From contig NC_057718.1 in NCBI RefSeq assembly GCF_004010195.1, forward strand, positions 95,307,570 through 95,364,848: 57,279 bases of DNA, read 5' to 3'. This DNA comes from Chiloscyllium plagiosum (taxonomy: Eukaryota). A program made the translations under genes and the position numbers. The notes below the pieces were generated by a model that searched no databases, was not told where the DNA came from, and saw only the letters and a program-made list of their open reading frames with translations. This document shows, piece after piece, positions 1-13,419 of the stretch (position 1 is the first letter of the stretch; every line of letters begins with the position of its first letter).

Positions 1-401
1 TTTAGAAGATTAAGGGGAAATCTAATAGAAACTTACAAGAAAACTACATGGCTTGGAGAGGGTGGATGCTAGGAAATTGTTTCCGTTAGGCGAGGAGACT
101 AGGACCCGTGGACACAGCCTTAAAATTAAAGAGGTTAATTCAGAACAGAAATGTGGAGACATTTCTTCAGCCAGAGAGTGGTGGGCCTGTGGAATTCATT
201 GCCACAGAGTGCAGTGGAGGCTGGGACGCTAAATGTCTTCAAGGCAGAAATTGATAAATTCTTGATGTCACAAGGAATTAAGGGCTACGGGGAGAATGCG
301 GGTAAGTGGAGTTGAAATGCCCATCAGCCATGATTGAATGGCGGAGTGGACTCGATGGGCCGAATGGCCTTACTTCCGCTGCTATGTCTTATGGTCTTAT
401 G
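1..401 (+). mobile_element. CR1/HER1-type LINE 3' end (ORF2 C-terminus and 3' UTR), cut by window start
   Basis: FRRLRGNLIETYK motif, 'agagtggtgggcctgtggaattcattgcc', 3' tail 'tcttatggtcttatg'. Confidence 0.85.
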
Positions 402-2248
402 CATTTAAGAGATGTTAAAACTTACTGCATTTCAGCTGTCGTGTTGGTACTTCAGCAAGGTGTTCTTTCCAAACTAATAAATTTAACAAGAAATTCAGAG
501 ATAAGTATCTCATAACATAGTCAAAATATATTAGTAATTTAGTTTTCTATATCAATATGCTATTTGAAAATGATGCAAACCTGTGTCTGCTAAAGTTTAT
601 TCAATTTGTTTTGATGCCGTAATGTTATCCAGAGTGCTTCCTTTAGAGTTAATGTGCACTTTGGTGTATTTACTACCTGTTAAATTTATTTCTATTGCAA
701 AACACTGGTCATATTTTATCATGGCTGTGCAATGGGATGTTGTTTCTGGTTTGTATTGTCTCTCATTGCAAAATCCATTTTGATAAGCAAGCTTAGTTTG
801 ATTTTACTTGTAACGTATGCTTGAGGAACCAATCATCTTATGTGTGGCATAAGATTAAAACTCTGCTAAAATGTTACAGCACAGTTTTGAATGTTGATTA
901 GAGGGTGTTACATCCCCTTCATGCTAGAAAATTTGAGCCTGAATGGACCATCTTCCTTCTTGCACCCAGATTATTCTGCAACAAAATCCTATCCACTTGT
1001 TCCTTGGGTAGAATATGTTACTTTAACTTGTTTCAACAAAATAATTGTAACTCTGTGCTTGATTTAACAGACAGAGACTCTTGCCCATAAATTGCCTGTG
1101 ATGTTTCAGATAGTCATAGATACAACTTGCCAGTCACAGTTATTGGTTGGTTCATGGAGTCTTTACCCCTTGATTATGTTGATTTACTCATTTATGAAGA
1201 AGCTGTGAAAAAAAACTAGCAATTATGATTCAATAAAGTAATTGAAAAAGCCACCAATCAACTTATATAAGATCGAACCGTCGCCTAGTTTATGGTTGGC
1301 CTTGTGGATTGATGTTACAATAGGACCTATAGCAGGATCCTTCCAGGTCAGTAATAAATATATTTGCCAGCAAGCCAGCCTGGTGTTTGTGCTGTTTGAA
1401 GTAAGGAACCAATGTCACATTTGCAGGAGAAACTTTTTTTTCACGTGAAAATCACACACTGTTTAGGAAGGAAACATGGCTTTTAATCTTTTACAGGATT
1501 ACACAAGATTGCAAAGAATCCACAAAGCCATCAAAGACTCAACGTCAACCATCTGGCCTAAAAATAACATTGGTTAAGATTGAGCAGTTTCACTCAGGAA
1601 ACCTGCAAATCCAGATTTCCCAAAATTCATGGAGCTCTAACTCCATCTTTGTAATTTATCAAATTTCCCATCTGGAAATCAGTATTATTCATGGGCTTGA
1701 TTTCTGATTGTGTAGGGACAACTCTGGAGCAGCCTGCCAGAACAAGTAGGTTTGACTCTTGCAACAAAATATAGAGTGGGAATTTCCATCACAGGGGTGG
1801 AGGTCCAAGCCATAACTGCAGAATGTTTTGTACACAGGTGGGGAGGGTCTGATTCATAGTGTTGGAACTTGGGGCCAGGTAGGGAGCAGCACTTCTCCTG
1901 ATCCACAAGCAATGTTATCTTCTAACTGGAAATGTCCTTGCTTCTCTTCAGCTGCTGGCTTTCCAGAGGTCTTGGAAACCTGATCGCTGTACAAGCTGTA
2001 GAGAAGGATAAGTCCGAGTCCCCAACTCTGTTAAAATATTTATTTTACTAACTCATCTTCATTGGAAGTGGAAACATTGGAGTTGTTTTTCAGATTTTTA
2101 GAACGTTAATAGTTGCTTTGATCCAATCCACCTTGTTTTTTTTAACATGCCAAAATTCAGGTAGATATGGTTGTTTTATTGCATAGACGATATCTGGGCA
2201 AATAAAAATTATGAACGTGAATGAGTATTATCCAAGGGGGAAACATTA

Positions 2249-2790
2249 GAGCTGAATTTTCCTAATAGCATGTCAATTTTTGGAAGTTTTATGAAGCATC
2301 TGCAACCTCTAGTGAGTTTTCCCATGCGATTTTATGCTGCCCCCATCATTAACAATGCAGTATGCTCCAAAGCACTGCTCTTACGCTAGCTTAAGCTAAT
2401 TGGGGGTGGAAATGCTGCTACTGGAACTATTCACCTATCCAAGGCACATTTAAAGCCCAGCAGTGCGCCAGTTCAATGCTGCAAGCCAGGAATTGCATTT
2501 TAAAATTTCAGTTTCAAGAATTTACCCCCTGGTGACAAACAGAAACAAGTTTGCTGACGGGGACCTGGAGATCCTGGTAGATAGGGTAGTGGAGAGGAGG
2601 GTCTCCACCTGAGCTCCTCAGTTAGAGGACATCAGGAGAGGTCGTCTTTCCTCAGGACCACCAGAGGGGACATGCAAACAGAACTTCCTACCTGATCTGA
2701 AGTTACCTCTTAGGTCAGTGCAAGCATGAAGGAACCTCCAACAGTGCATGTGAAAGATTTAACAACCTGTGCACAAGGATAACTATCATC
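2249..2790 (+). mobile_element. Decayed Harbinger/PIF transposon fragment with Myb/SANT-like (MSANTD/NAIF1-type) domain
   Basis: From ~2544: NKFADGDLEILVDRVVERR...VVFPQDH...EV..VSA...QQC..RFNNL across frameshifts; left boundary tentative. Confidence 0.55.
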
Positions 2791-5591
2791 ATCTTTCACT
2801 ATGGCCTCACACTCTGCTGCTATTTCAGACAGCTGCCACCAAAGCTCATGGACCCACATACATTTTCACTTTGGGAATTGTTGCAGTCTATTTTCTCTCC
2901 ACTGCTTGGGAACAGCCAATTGAATAAAAATGAGGCAAGATTAAGAATGAGTTTTATCATGCATGCAAATACCTCTGTCACCACTCACTAGCTAGATTCT
3001 CATCCAACTTTTTTATTGATGGAAACAATCCCATTTTTCCATTCTCACCATATTTTCGCAACTGTTTCTACATTTTCAGAGTCTTGAAAATTCCACCATC
3101 AGTCAAATTTTGATGATGCTATAATATTTGGAAGCAAAAGAAATACTAAGCGGTACTCTGAAAAGACTATATTCTCTATAGTGACCATGCAAAATGACTA
3201 ACAACAAAAGTACACCTTGGGGTCTGAAATGGTATCTGCTAGATGGCATGTGTGTCCCCATATTTACATATGTGAAGCACGACCAGCCACACTGAAACTC
3301 TGCAAGACTAAGAAGTGCACCTAGCCCTTATGCCTGAAAACATATTTCTCGTTGTGTGTCAGGTCTTGTTTTGTGGTCTTTACTCAGTTAAATGCTCTCC
3401 AGCATTGAGCTTTGACCTATGTTTCGACTAGGTGGGCTGCTTTTAGGCTCAAATCATACCATTTCTCTTTGGGCATCTACAGCAGCAGTACCTTCAATTC
3501 CTCAGATTTAGAGTAAACAATAGGGTCCGATAGTCCTCGATGCCACAACTATAAGTGACAAGCTTTAACCTTGCAGGAGTTGCTGCCTCATCAGATTTTA
3601 TGCTTCCCAGCCAAGTCTACAACACTGTGAACAATCAGGGCTTTTTGAGATAATGGGGTGGAGCTTTCTTGGCAAAATCTGACATCACACAGCCCCTCTG
3701 AACAATAGCAGACTCTCAAAATCATGGCTTTACTGACTCTGAAAATGTTCCCTTTTTTGCCAAACGTTTTGAGAAGGTAATAACTTGTTAGTATCTTCTA
3801 TAGTGCAATCACTTGCCCCTGGCATTAGATCTTAATAGATGCAAAAGGAAAACAGTGCTCTCTGATTCTCCCAAAGTATGGTATATAATCCAGAAAAGCA
3901 AGTATGAAAGGTTCAGATGCATTTATTGATTTTGTTTGTGTTGAATGTCACGTAATGACACTAATCAGCAGAAAGGATATAAACCTTGTCCTATCAGATG
4001 GGTTTAATTGGAGCCTGAGGGTCCACACCATTTCTTGATTAAATAAATTTAATTTGAACCTTTATTCTGTCTGCCATTTGGACACCTTTTTCCTCAGGCA
4101 GAATACAGATCTACAGGATCTATCTCATGTCTGTGCCAGGATGCACATTAGTGTCCAATATTCTAGCAGTCTGTGTTTTAGGTAGAAGTATTACAATTTC
4201 TAAATTATGTTATTCCTGTATTGAATAATTCAGCAAATGGTTGTTGTAAAGTTAAGAGTGGGGTCTCTGGACAATCAGCAAGACATATATTTTAAGATAA
4301 TATTTAGTAGACGGTATTTTTAAGTTGGTGGCTCAGTGACATGGCAGGTTACATATTGGCTTTAAATGTCCAGAACTTGGAATTTGTACCATTCAAAGTC
4401 GATGGGAGAAATATCACCTTCTATATGAAAGTAATTTGAGCACTTTCAATCAAATTTAACATAGCAGCTAGAGTGGCAAGATTGAACATGCTAAACAGGT
4501 GCAATGGAGAGTTGAGATGCTGTTATCAAGAGTTTGATCTGCATAGAACAATGGAACTGCTTGATGGTGAAACTGGATAACCAAAGTGGTAAATATTCCT
4601 TAGCATTAACATCCCTCACCATGCCAAAAAAAAAATCATTTGCCATAAAAATCAATTGAAAATACCAGAAGGCTGAAATGTTATTCCATCCCATTAGCCC
4701 TGTTCCTTTCTTGAATTGGTTACCCTGCTTAATTGCACTGATTCATTGATAATTTTAGATATGGTTCATGCAAATACATTTGGCCATAATTCCCCTAAAG
4801 GCTAACAAAGTGTTGGGCACATTCTGGATGCCAGTTGCTGATTGTGCATTTAGTGGTAATTCCATTATAATATACATGAATAAAAAAAGCAGAAAAATCC
4901 TCTAATTTGTAGTTTAATGAAGCAATAAACTCAACTCATAAAACAAAGCAATATCAGAGGATCATTGGGCTAATATTGTTGATAGGGCTAATTATCAAGC
5001 ATTATTTTGAATGATAAATTTTGGGAGTCTGTGTTTCCCATACCTGGTCTTGCATATATTGGAAAATGGTGGTCAGGGTGCCTTTTGTTTTCAAAATGTC
5101 CTCCACAACACTGCAGAGCCTCATCTAATAAATTGTTTTACTTGTTGGCAGAAATTGGCACACTTTATACATTGTTTTATTGTAAACTTTTAACTAATTT
5201 TATTTACAGTGCACTTTTAATTCAGAATTTCATAATAGAGATACGAATGATAGTTTTTAAAAATTAAACTAATGAGCAAAATTGCACTTGCAATGGATGA
5301 CGTTGAGCAAGATTTGGGAATATCAATAAATGCAGTGTTCATTGGTACATTTTCAGATCACTGAGGCTGGAGCAGAATGGATTTTTGCAATGTTAAAATG
5401 CAGCTGAAATCAATATCCCAATCTCTGACTTTTGTGATGAGAGTATGAGAGAAGGATTAGGTCTTAATGGCCCCTTGAGCCTTTGCCACCAATTTACAAG
5501 GTTCTGTGTCACCTTCAAGCACAATTCAGAGTTCTCAACTGCTCCCAACATCCTTTTATTTCTTTAGAAGGCACAAATCAATCAACCTCGG

Positions 5592-6318
5592 TGTAGTGAT
5601 TGAAGCCAGCTGCATCTTGTTGACCAGGAGAATCTGATTCAGGTTTTTAACCTGGGGCAATCAGGAAAATACTGGCTGACCAGTATAACCAGGATATTTA
5701 GAATCTCCTCAGTTCAACGGACTGACTCTGAGCTGACTGGCCACAGCCGGTGTAATGTGCGCAAGATACATGCACTAAATAACCCTTTGGTTGACCACTT
5801 CAACTCCCCCTCCCACTCTGCCAAGGACATGCAAGTCCTGGGCCTCCTCCACTGCCAAATCCTAGCCAAGATGAGGAAGAATACCTCATCTTCTGCCATG
5901 AGACCCTCCAACCACATGGAATCAAAGTTGATTTCACCAGTTTCCTCATCTCCCCTCCCCCAACTTATTCCATATCCAACCGTCCAACTCGGCAGCGCTC
6001 TCTTGAACTGTCCTAACTGTCCATCTTCCTTCCCATTTATCCACTTCGCCCTCTGCTCCAAGCTATCACCATCACATCCCACAATCATCTACCTATTGCC
6101 TTCCTTACTGACGTTTCCCTAGTTCCCTCCCATTTATCTTTAAGCCCCCTCAACCCCACCCCCCCCCCCCCACCGATGAAGGGGGTCAAGCTCAAAACAT
6201 CTATTTTCCTGCTCCTTGGACGCTGCCTGACCGGGGTGCTCTTATAACGGCCACACTTTTGACAAATAAATAGAGAGTGGGTTGGTAATGGGATACGCAC
6301 CTCTGTGCAGTTATTACA
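5592..6318 (+). mobile_element. Solo LTR-like element interrupted by a Penelope fragment
   Basis: TGTAGT...TTATTACA termini, TATA-like 'tataacc', AATAAA near 6265; TSD not clean. Confidence 0.45.
5785..6262 (+). mobile_element. Penelope-like element 3' fragment (GIY-YIG C-terminal region and pLTR)
   Basis: PLVDHFNSPSHSAKDMQVLGLLHCQ; ends in the pLTR sequence 'ttcctgctccttggacgctgcctgacc'. Confidence 0.8.
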
Positions 6319-6953
6319 CCTAGCTTTCAATATATCCAATGAAATCTAGGATGGAAAATTTCAAAGAATCACAACCCTTTGAATGAAGAAATTTCTCACC
6401 TCAGTCTAAAATGGTTTCCCCCTTATTCTGACACTATGCCACCTACTTTTAGAATTTCCAGCCGGGGAAATAGTCTTTAATATTGACTTTGCCTGATACC
6501 CTGAGAATTTTATGTGTTTCAATGGGAACACTGATAATTCTTCCAAACTCAAGAGAATAAAGGCCCCTCTTACTCAATCTCTCTTTATGGAACAACATAA
6601 TTGATCCCAGGAAAATATTTCCTTGCACATGACAAGATCTGCTTGTTCAAAATACTGAGTTTCTTTTATTATAAATAGTGACTTTGTGAGGCTTCACTGC
6701 TAGCATGATGTCTAACTGAAGGTGGGAATGAAACATGAAATTAGGTACCCAGTCTTGCACACAGAATTCATTACTTGCGACATTGTCTGACTCAACTATG
6801 TCAGGATGTGCTATAGGTTTGCAGATGCCTCAATGGCATTTTAGACCTTTTAAAATGAGGTGCAGTGCCAAGTTTCACAACATTGAATAAGATTCCTTCT
6901 TTCCAATTCTCCAGCACCCAGTATTTGCATCATTCATGTTAAACACTTCTTTG

Positions 6954-9110
6954 GGAGAAAGTGAGGACTGCAAATACTGGCGATCAGAGTTGATAGTGTG
7001 GTGCTTGAAAAGCACAGCCGGTCAGGCAGCATTCGAGGAGCAGGAGAATCAACTATTTCCCTGGCTGGAAATTCTAAAAATAGGTGGCATAGTCTCAGAA
7101 TAAGGGGGCAACCATTTTAGACTGAAGCTTGTAGGTCAAGGGGACTGAGAGATAAATGGGAGGGATGTGGGGCTGGGGGGAAGGTAGCTGAGAGTGTGAT
7201 AGGTAGGTGAAGGTAATAGGTCAGAGAAGAGGGTAGAATGGATAGGTGGGAAGGAGGATGGACAGGTCAAGAGGACAGTACTGAGTTAGAAGGTTGGACC
7301 TGGAATGGGGGGGGGCAGATGTTGAAGAAACTGGTAAAATCCACATTGATCCCATGTGGTTGGAGGGTCCCAAGGTGGAAGATGAGGCGTTCTTCCTCCA
7401 GGCAGCAGGTGTTAAGGGTCTGGTGGTGGAGAAGGCCCAGGTCCTTGGGGGAAGTGGGAGGGGGAATTAAAGTGTTCGGCCATGGGGCGGTGGGGTTGCT
7501 TCGTGCGTGTGTCCCGGAGATGTTCTCTGAAGCTTTCCATAAGTAGATGTCCTGCCTCCCCAATGTAGAGGAGACCGCATTGTGAACAACAGATACAGTA
7601 AATTATATGTGTGGAAATGCAGGTAAACCTCTGATGGATGTGGAAGGCTCCTTTGGGGCCTTGAACACGTCTGAGGGGAGAGGTGTGGGCGCAAGTTTTG
7701 CATTCTTGCAGTGACAGGGGAAGGTGGCAGAAGTTGAGGACCGGGGGGTTCTGTCCTTGTTGCAGTTGGAGGGGTGGAGTTCGAGGGCGGAGGTGCGGGA
7801 AATGGATGAGATGCGCTGGAGGGCATCATCAACCATGTGGGAGGGGAAATAGAAGTCTTTGAAGAAAGAAGCCATCTGTTGTGTTCTGTGTTGGAATTGG
7901 TCCTCCTGGAAGCAGGTGCGGCGGAGGCAGAGGAATTGGGAATAGTGGATAGCGTTTTTACAGGAGACAGGGTGGGAGGAGGTGTAGTCCAGGTAGCTGT
8001 GGGAGTCGGTAGGTTTGTAGAAGATATCCGTGTTGAGTCGGTCATCTTTGATGGAGATGGAGAGGTCCAGGAAGGGGAAGGAGGTGTCCAAGATAGTCCA
8101 AGTGAACTTAAAGTCGGGGTGGAACGTATTAGTAAAGTTGATGAACTGTTCAACCTCCTTGAGGTAGCTCAAGGTGGTGCTGAAACAGTCATCAGTGTAG
8201 CGGAGAAAAAGGTGGAGAATGGTTCCAGTGTAGCTGCGGAGGATGGACTGTTCCAAGTACCCGATGAAGGGACAGGCATAGCTGGAGCCCATGCGGATGC
8301 CCATGGCTACCCCTTTAGTCTGGGGGAAGTGGGAGGATTCAAAGGAGAAATTATTGAGGGTGAGGACCAGTTCAGCCAAATGAATGAGTGTGTCAATGGA
8401 AGGGTACTGGTGGGGACGACGGGAGAGGATGAAATGGAGGGCTTGGAGGCCTTCGTCATGGCAGGTGGATGTGTATAGGGACTGGATGTCCATGGTGAAG
8501 ATGAGGCGTTGGGAGCTGGGGAAATGAAAATCATGGAGGCGGAAGGCGTGGTTTGTGTCCCGAACATAGGTGGGGTGTTCCTCGACCAGGGGGGAAAAGA
8601 CGATGTCAAGGTATGTGGAGATGAGTTCGGTGGGGTAGGAGCAGGCCGAGACAATAGGTCGGCCGGAGCAGTCAGGTTTATGAATTTTAAGTAGGAGATA
8701 GAACCAGGCAGTGCGGGCTTCCCGGACCATGAGGTTGGAAACTGTGGATAGGAGATCCCCTGAGGTGATGAAGTTGTGTATGGACTGGGAGATGATGATT
8801 GGTGTTGAGAGGTGAGGTCATGGTCAAGGGGACGGTAGGATGAGGTGTCCATGAGTTGGCGTTTATCTTCAGCAGTGTAGAGGTCGGTGTGACAAACTAC
8901 CACTGCACCCCCCCTTGTCTACTGGTTTGATGGTGAGGTAAGAGGGCAGCACGGGGTATCCAAGTAGATGGGGTGTTTTGGAAGTGGGAGAAGGGGTCCT
9001 TGGGGGCAGGAAAACGTAAGCCCGTAGGCGGAGGTGGCAAAAGAAGTCTTTGATGTCACAACACATGTTGAATTCGTTGATCTGAGAGCAGAGGGGGATG
9101 AAGGTGAGAC
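6954..9110 (-). mobile_element. Penelope-like retroelement (RT and GIY-YIG endonuclease), decayed
   Basis: ORF 7603-8730: KIHKPDCSGRPIVS, MDIQSLYT, QTKGVAMG, RYTDD, FLDLSI, FYKPTDSHSYLDYTSSHP; ORF 7267-7563: EEERLIFHLGTLQPHGINVDF; pLTR at 6954-7051. Confidence 0.93.
7603..8730 (-). pseudogene. Penelope reverse transcriptase, longest open segment (375 aa)
   Basis: RT motifs as above; catalytic motif reads YTDD; flanked by frameshifts. Confidence 0.85.
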
Positions 9111-9470
9111 TTCAGGCTTTCTTTATCCAACAAGACTCCTGCACACCTTCTGAGGACCCCTACTCCCACCTCCAACACACCTCATCACCTGGACACCCCG
9201 TGCTGGCCTGTTTCCTGCCCTCGATCTCTTTATTTCCAACTGCAACCGGGACATTGACCTCCTCAACCCTGTCCACCCCCCTCACCCACTCCAACCTCTT
9301 ACCTTCACAATGGGCAACGTTCCCTCCGTTCGAACCCCAACCTCACCATCAAACCAGTAGACAATGGGGGTGGAGCGCAGTGGTAGTTTGGCGCACCGAC
9401 CTCTACACTGCTGAAGCCAGGCGTCAACTCACGGACACCTCCTCCTACTACCCCCTCGACCATGACTACA
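9098..9470 (+). mobile_element. Inverted Penelope 5' segment
   Basis: RLQAFF...SEDPYSHLQHT...AVVVWRTDLYTAEARRQLTDTSSYYPLDHD mirrors 8815-9035 on the opposite strand. Confidence 0.85.
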
Positions 9471-10324
9471 CTAGTTGATGATTTGCCAGCCCTGCATTCC
9501 ATGCATTGGGCTCAGGGCAGAAAGGGGATTGTAGAGTGGGGCGGGGGTAGGGGGGTGGTGGTGTGGGGTTGGTGGTTGGATGGTGGAGTGATGGAGGGGG
9601 TGGAAGTGGGGACACTTATTCATGTAAAGAATCTCCCTCCCTGTAATCTCCTCCTTGGCAGCGAAGTCCAGTCCATGTTTGGAGGTTGTGACATTTTAAA
9701 AATTAATATACATTTGACCTGACCTGCTTTTGCTCTTGCCTGTCGACATGCTAACATTGGCAGCTCCTACTTAGGCTGATGAGATTTTCTTTGTAGCTTC
9801 AGAAACCCATTCTTTGTCCCTGTTTGGATTGTGTGCCCCATCCCCTGGCCTTTGATTTGCTGAGCCTTCAAGATTGCATTGGGGGTATGGCCTGCCATGT
9901 AGGGTCAGGACCCCACACAAGCGTCTGTGCTCAGTTCCTGACAAAATTCAAACCATCCCAATGAATCGCCCCATCACCAACCCCCCACCTCCCCAGAGCC
10001 ATACAAGAAGTCCAGTGAGGCCTGTCATGACATTGGGAACGTTTCGCTCTACTTATAATACTTTTGCCAAATGGCAATGCGAGTTTCTCACAAGGCAGTG
10101 GCAAGTTGCCAGTTAAGGGAGCTCGTGAAACACTTATTAACAAAGCAGCTCACCTCATTAATATTCAGCTTTATATATTACCAAACCCACTGAGCATTCA
10201 AGACAAGCTAGCATTTTCTTACTGTGAAGTGCTTTGGGGAGGATGAGAAGTGCAATATGATCGCAACGTACATGACAATCCTTTCCTTAAACGTAAGAAC
10301 TCTCAACGATTTATGAAACAAATA

Positions 10325-10657
10325 GAATCATAGAAACCCTACAGTGTGGAAGCAGGCCATTTGACGTGTCGAGACCACACCAACCCTGACAGACATCCCA
10401 CCTAGACCCACCTCACAACTCTATCCCTTGCATTTCCCATGGCTAATCCACCTAGCCTGCACATCCCTGGACACAATGGCCAATTTAGCATGGCCAATTC
10501 ACCTAGACTATGGGAGGAAACAGGAGCACCCTGAGGAAACCCGCACAGACACGAGGAGAAGGTGCAAACTCCATACAGTCACCGGAGCATAGAATCAAGC
10601 TTGGGTTCCTGGTGCTGCGAGGCAGCAATGCCAAACACTGAGCCACTGAGCCCACCC
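10325..10657 (-). mobile_element. HE1-type V-SINE (tRNA-derived)
   Basis: Reverse complement has 'gtggctcagtg' head, V-domain 'gtctgtgcgggtttcctc' and LINE-derived tail. Confidence 0.85.
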
Positions 10658-11489
10658 TATTGGTGCACAGCCTGAGTATCTGTAACCTGTAAAAACTGAT
10701 CTGATGTAGTGCTTTCTTGGCTGGAAGAAATCAAAACAATGTGATGCATTTTGCAGAGGCAGTTTTCATTATAAAATTGGATATCAAAATGAAAAGCTTG
10801 GCACAATGTTATGTCAAAAATGGCTCAATAGGAAGTAAGGTTTTATAGTTACTTGAGTGTCCAAAAATAAACATGTAGTTGAAGTATTTCCTCTGCACAC
10901 AGTTTCTCTTTATAAAGCTCCCCCTTATCATGTTTTTGCTCCATAAAATATATGAATTTATTTCCTTAGAAATAGCAAATGATATGATATATGAAAGGAC
11001 AGAAGAGTGTTAGTAAAGCCAATGTTGCCCTTTTGTTCTTATTTAAATGGGAACACTACTGCAGATTGATGTTAATAAAAATCTGCTCAGTAGCATTTAA
11101 AGTTTTAAAGCAAATTAACTTTTGACATGAAGTCACTCTTGCACAAGAGGGCTAATTGTGAACAGCAAACTCCAATGACCAGCAATGTGATAGTGACTAG
11201 AAAATCAGTGTGATGTTGACTGAAAGATCAATATTGAAATGTCACAAACAGCAATCCTCTAGCTTTTTTCCTTCTTTGTAGGCCTCCAAGGCCTGTACAT
11301 GGCAGCAATTTCCAGAACTGGAAGTCAGTGCTATGATCTGCATTCAGCACACTGATTGGGATGTGCTGAACATTGGAGCAGAGCTTCGATAAACATTGTT
11401 CACAAGGGATATTGTCGTGTACTTCTTCAAAATAGTATCCTGAAATTTTTTTTGGTTAGAGACAGGTTGCATGTGAACTGAAGAGGGAA

Positions 11490-13250
11490 CCAAGGTCTTG
11501 GCAGGAATATTTGCAACAGCTACTTGGGAGGGTTTAAACTAGTCTGGAGGGGGGACAGGGCTCTAAACATTAGTGAGACAAAAAGGAAGGCAGGGGCTAA
11601 TGCAACAGTTAAACAGAACAAGTTAAATAGACAAGGTAGGCAAGAGCACAGCAGGAAATGAAGGAAGACTGATGAATTAAACTGCATATATTTCAGTGCA
11701 AGAGGCCTGACAGGTAAGGCAGATGAACTCAAGGCATGGATGAGTACATGGGACTGGGATATCATAGCTATTCAAATATATAGTTGAAGGAGGGACAGAA
11801 CTGGCAGTTCGATGTTCTGGGAAGGATAGAAGAGGAGGCAAAAGAGGAGGGGGAGTCGTGTGTTTGATTCTGGAAACATTACAGCAGTACTCAGAGAGGA
11901 TATTCCTGAGGGATTGTCCAGTGAAGCCGAGTGGGTAGAACTGAGAAATAAAAAGGGCGTGATCACTTTGATGGGATTTTATATTAGGCCACTTAATAGC
12001 CAGTGGGAAATTGAGGAGCAACTATATAAGGATATCGCAGATAGCTGTAAGAATAATAGAGTTATAATAGTAGAGGATTTTAACTTCCTAAACATAGAGA
12101 ATATAGAAGGTATAGTAGGTAAGTTTGCAGATGACACCAAAATTGGTGGCATAGTAGACAGTGAAGAAGATTTTCTAAGATTATAAAGGAATTTTGATCA
12201 AATGAGTTAATGAGCTGAAAAATGGCAGATGGAGTACATTTTGGATAAATGAGAGGTATTGTATTTTGGGAAACAAACAAGGGTTGGGCTTAAACAATTA
12301 ATGGTATGGCCTTGAGTAGTGTTGTAGAACAGAGGGACCTAGGGGTGCAGATGCATAATTCTTTGAAATTTGCTTCACGTATAAACGGTTATTAAAAAGG
12401 CGTTTGGCACACTTGCCTTCATTGCTGAGTCCTTTGAGTATAGGAGTTGGGAAGTCATGTTGGGGTTGTACAGGACAGTGGTGAGACCTCTTCTGGAATA
12501 TTGTGTCTAGTTCTGGTCACCCAGTTATAGAAAGGTTCAGAAGGTTCAGAAGAGATTTACCAGGATGTTACTGAGTATAGAAGGTTTGAGTTATAAAGAA
12601 AAGCTGGATAGGCTGGGACTTTTTAAACGGGAGCATAAGAGGTTGAGAGGCGACTTGATAGAAGTTTATAAAATAATGAGAGTTATAGATAGAGATAATG
12701 ATAGTTATCTTTTTCCTCGGATGGGGGATTTCAATACTGGGTACACATTTTTAAGGTGAGAAGAGAGGTTTAAAAAAGACATAAGGGGCAAATCTTTTAC
12801 GCAGAGGGTGGTTTGTGTGAGGAAGTGGTGGATGTGGGTACAATTACAACATTTAAAAGACATTTGGATAAGTATGTGCATAGAAATGGTTGGAGGGATA
12901 TGGGCCAGGAGAAGGCAGGTGAGACTAGTTTAGTTTGGGATAATGTTCGGCATGAGTCAAAAAGTGGTGCTGGAAAAGTTCAGTGGGTCAGACAGCATTC
13001 AAGGTGCAGGAGAGTTGATGTTTTGGGCATAAGTCCTTCATTCTAAAGACATCTGGGAAGTCCTGGAGTGGATGAATGGCTTATGCCCCAAATATTGACT
13101 CTCCTGTTCCTCGGATGCTGCCTGACCTGCTGTGCTTTTCCAGCACCACACTCCTTGACTGACTCTTCAGCATCTGCAGTCCTCACTTTCTCCATTATGT
13201 TCGGCATGGACTGATTGGACAAAAGGGTCTGTTTCTGTATGACTCTATGA
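11490..13250 (+). mobile_element. CR1/HER1 LINE with internal deletion (APE start joined to RT end)
   Basis: WVELRNKKGVITLMGFYIRP, KFADDTKIGG, RLRGDLIEVYKIM; tail 'tatgactctatgact'. Confidence 0.9.
12955..13192. repeat. Penelope-pLTR-derived inverted-repeat element inserted in the CR1 3' UTR
   Basis: 'gagtcaaaaagtggtgctggaaaag' pairs with 'cttttccagcaccacactccttgact'; 'atgttcggcatg' is duplicated around it. Confidence 0.75.
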
Positions 13251-13419
13251 CTGGGGCGAGCATAGTGTTAAGCACTTGGATGGGGAGGAACTCGCAAAGT
13301 GTGTTCAGGAAAAGAATTCTCAATCAATATGTGGATGGCCGACTAGAGAAGGGGCAAAACTCAAACTCCTCTTGGGAAATAATGAACGGGGCAAGTGACT
13401 GAGGTTGTTAGTGAGGGAG

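Larger units (their letters stand above)
5440..6620 (-). mobile_element. Old CR1 LINE 3' fragment, split by the solo LTR at 5592-6318
   Basis: Reverse-strand CR1 3' motifs, e.g. 'gaagaaatttctcacctcagtctaaaatgg...ccttattctg'. Confidence 0.65.

Noticed and set aside
1255..1272. Adjacent CCAAT and TATATAA as a promoter
   Set aside because: Spacing too tight, no CpG island and no linked exon
1498..1775. Good splice acceptor followed by an open frame of ~90 codons
   Set aside because: No recognisable protein and no convincing donor
7467..8903. Long alternative ORFs (228, 213 and 198 aa)
   Set aside because: Shadow frames of the Penelope RT
11282..11355. Strong acceptor followed by MAAISRTGSQCYDLHSAH, loosely like the SHLD1 N-terminus
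   Set aside because: In-frame TGA after 18 codons, no LDLP motif and no suitable phase-1 donor
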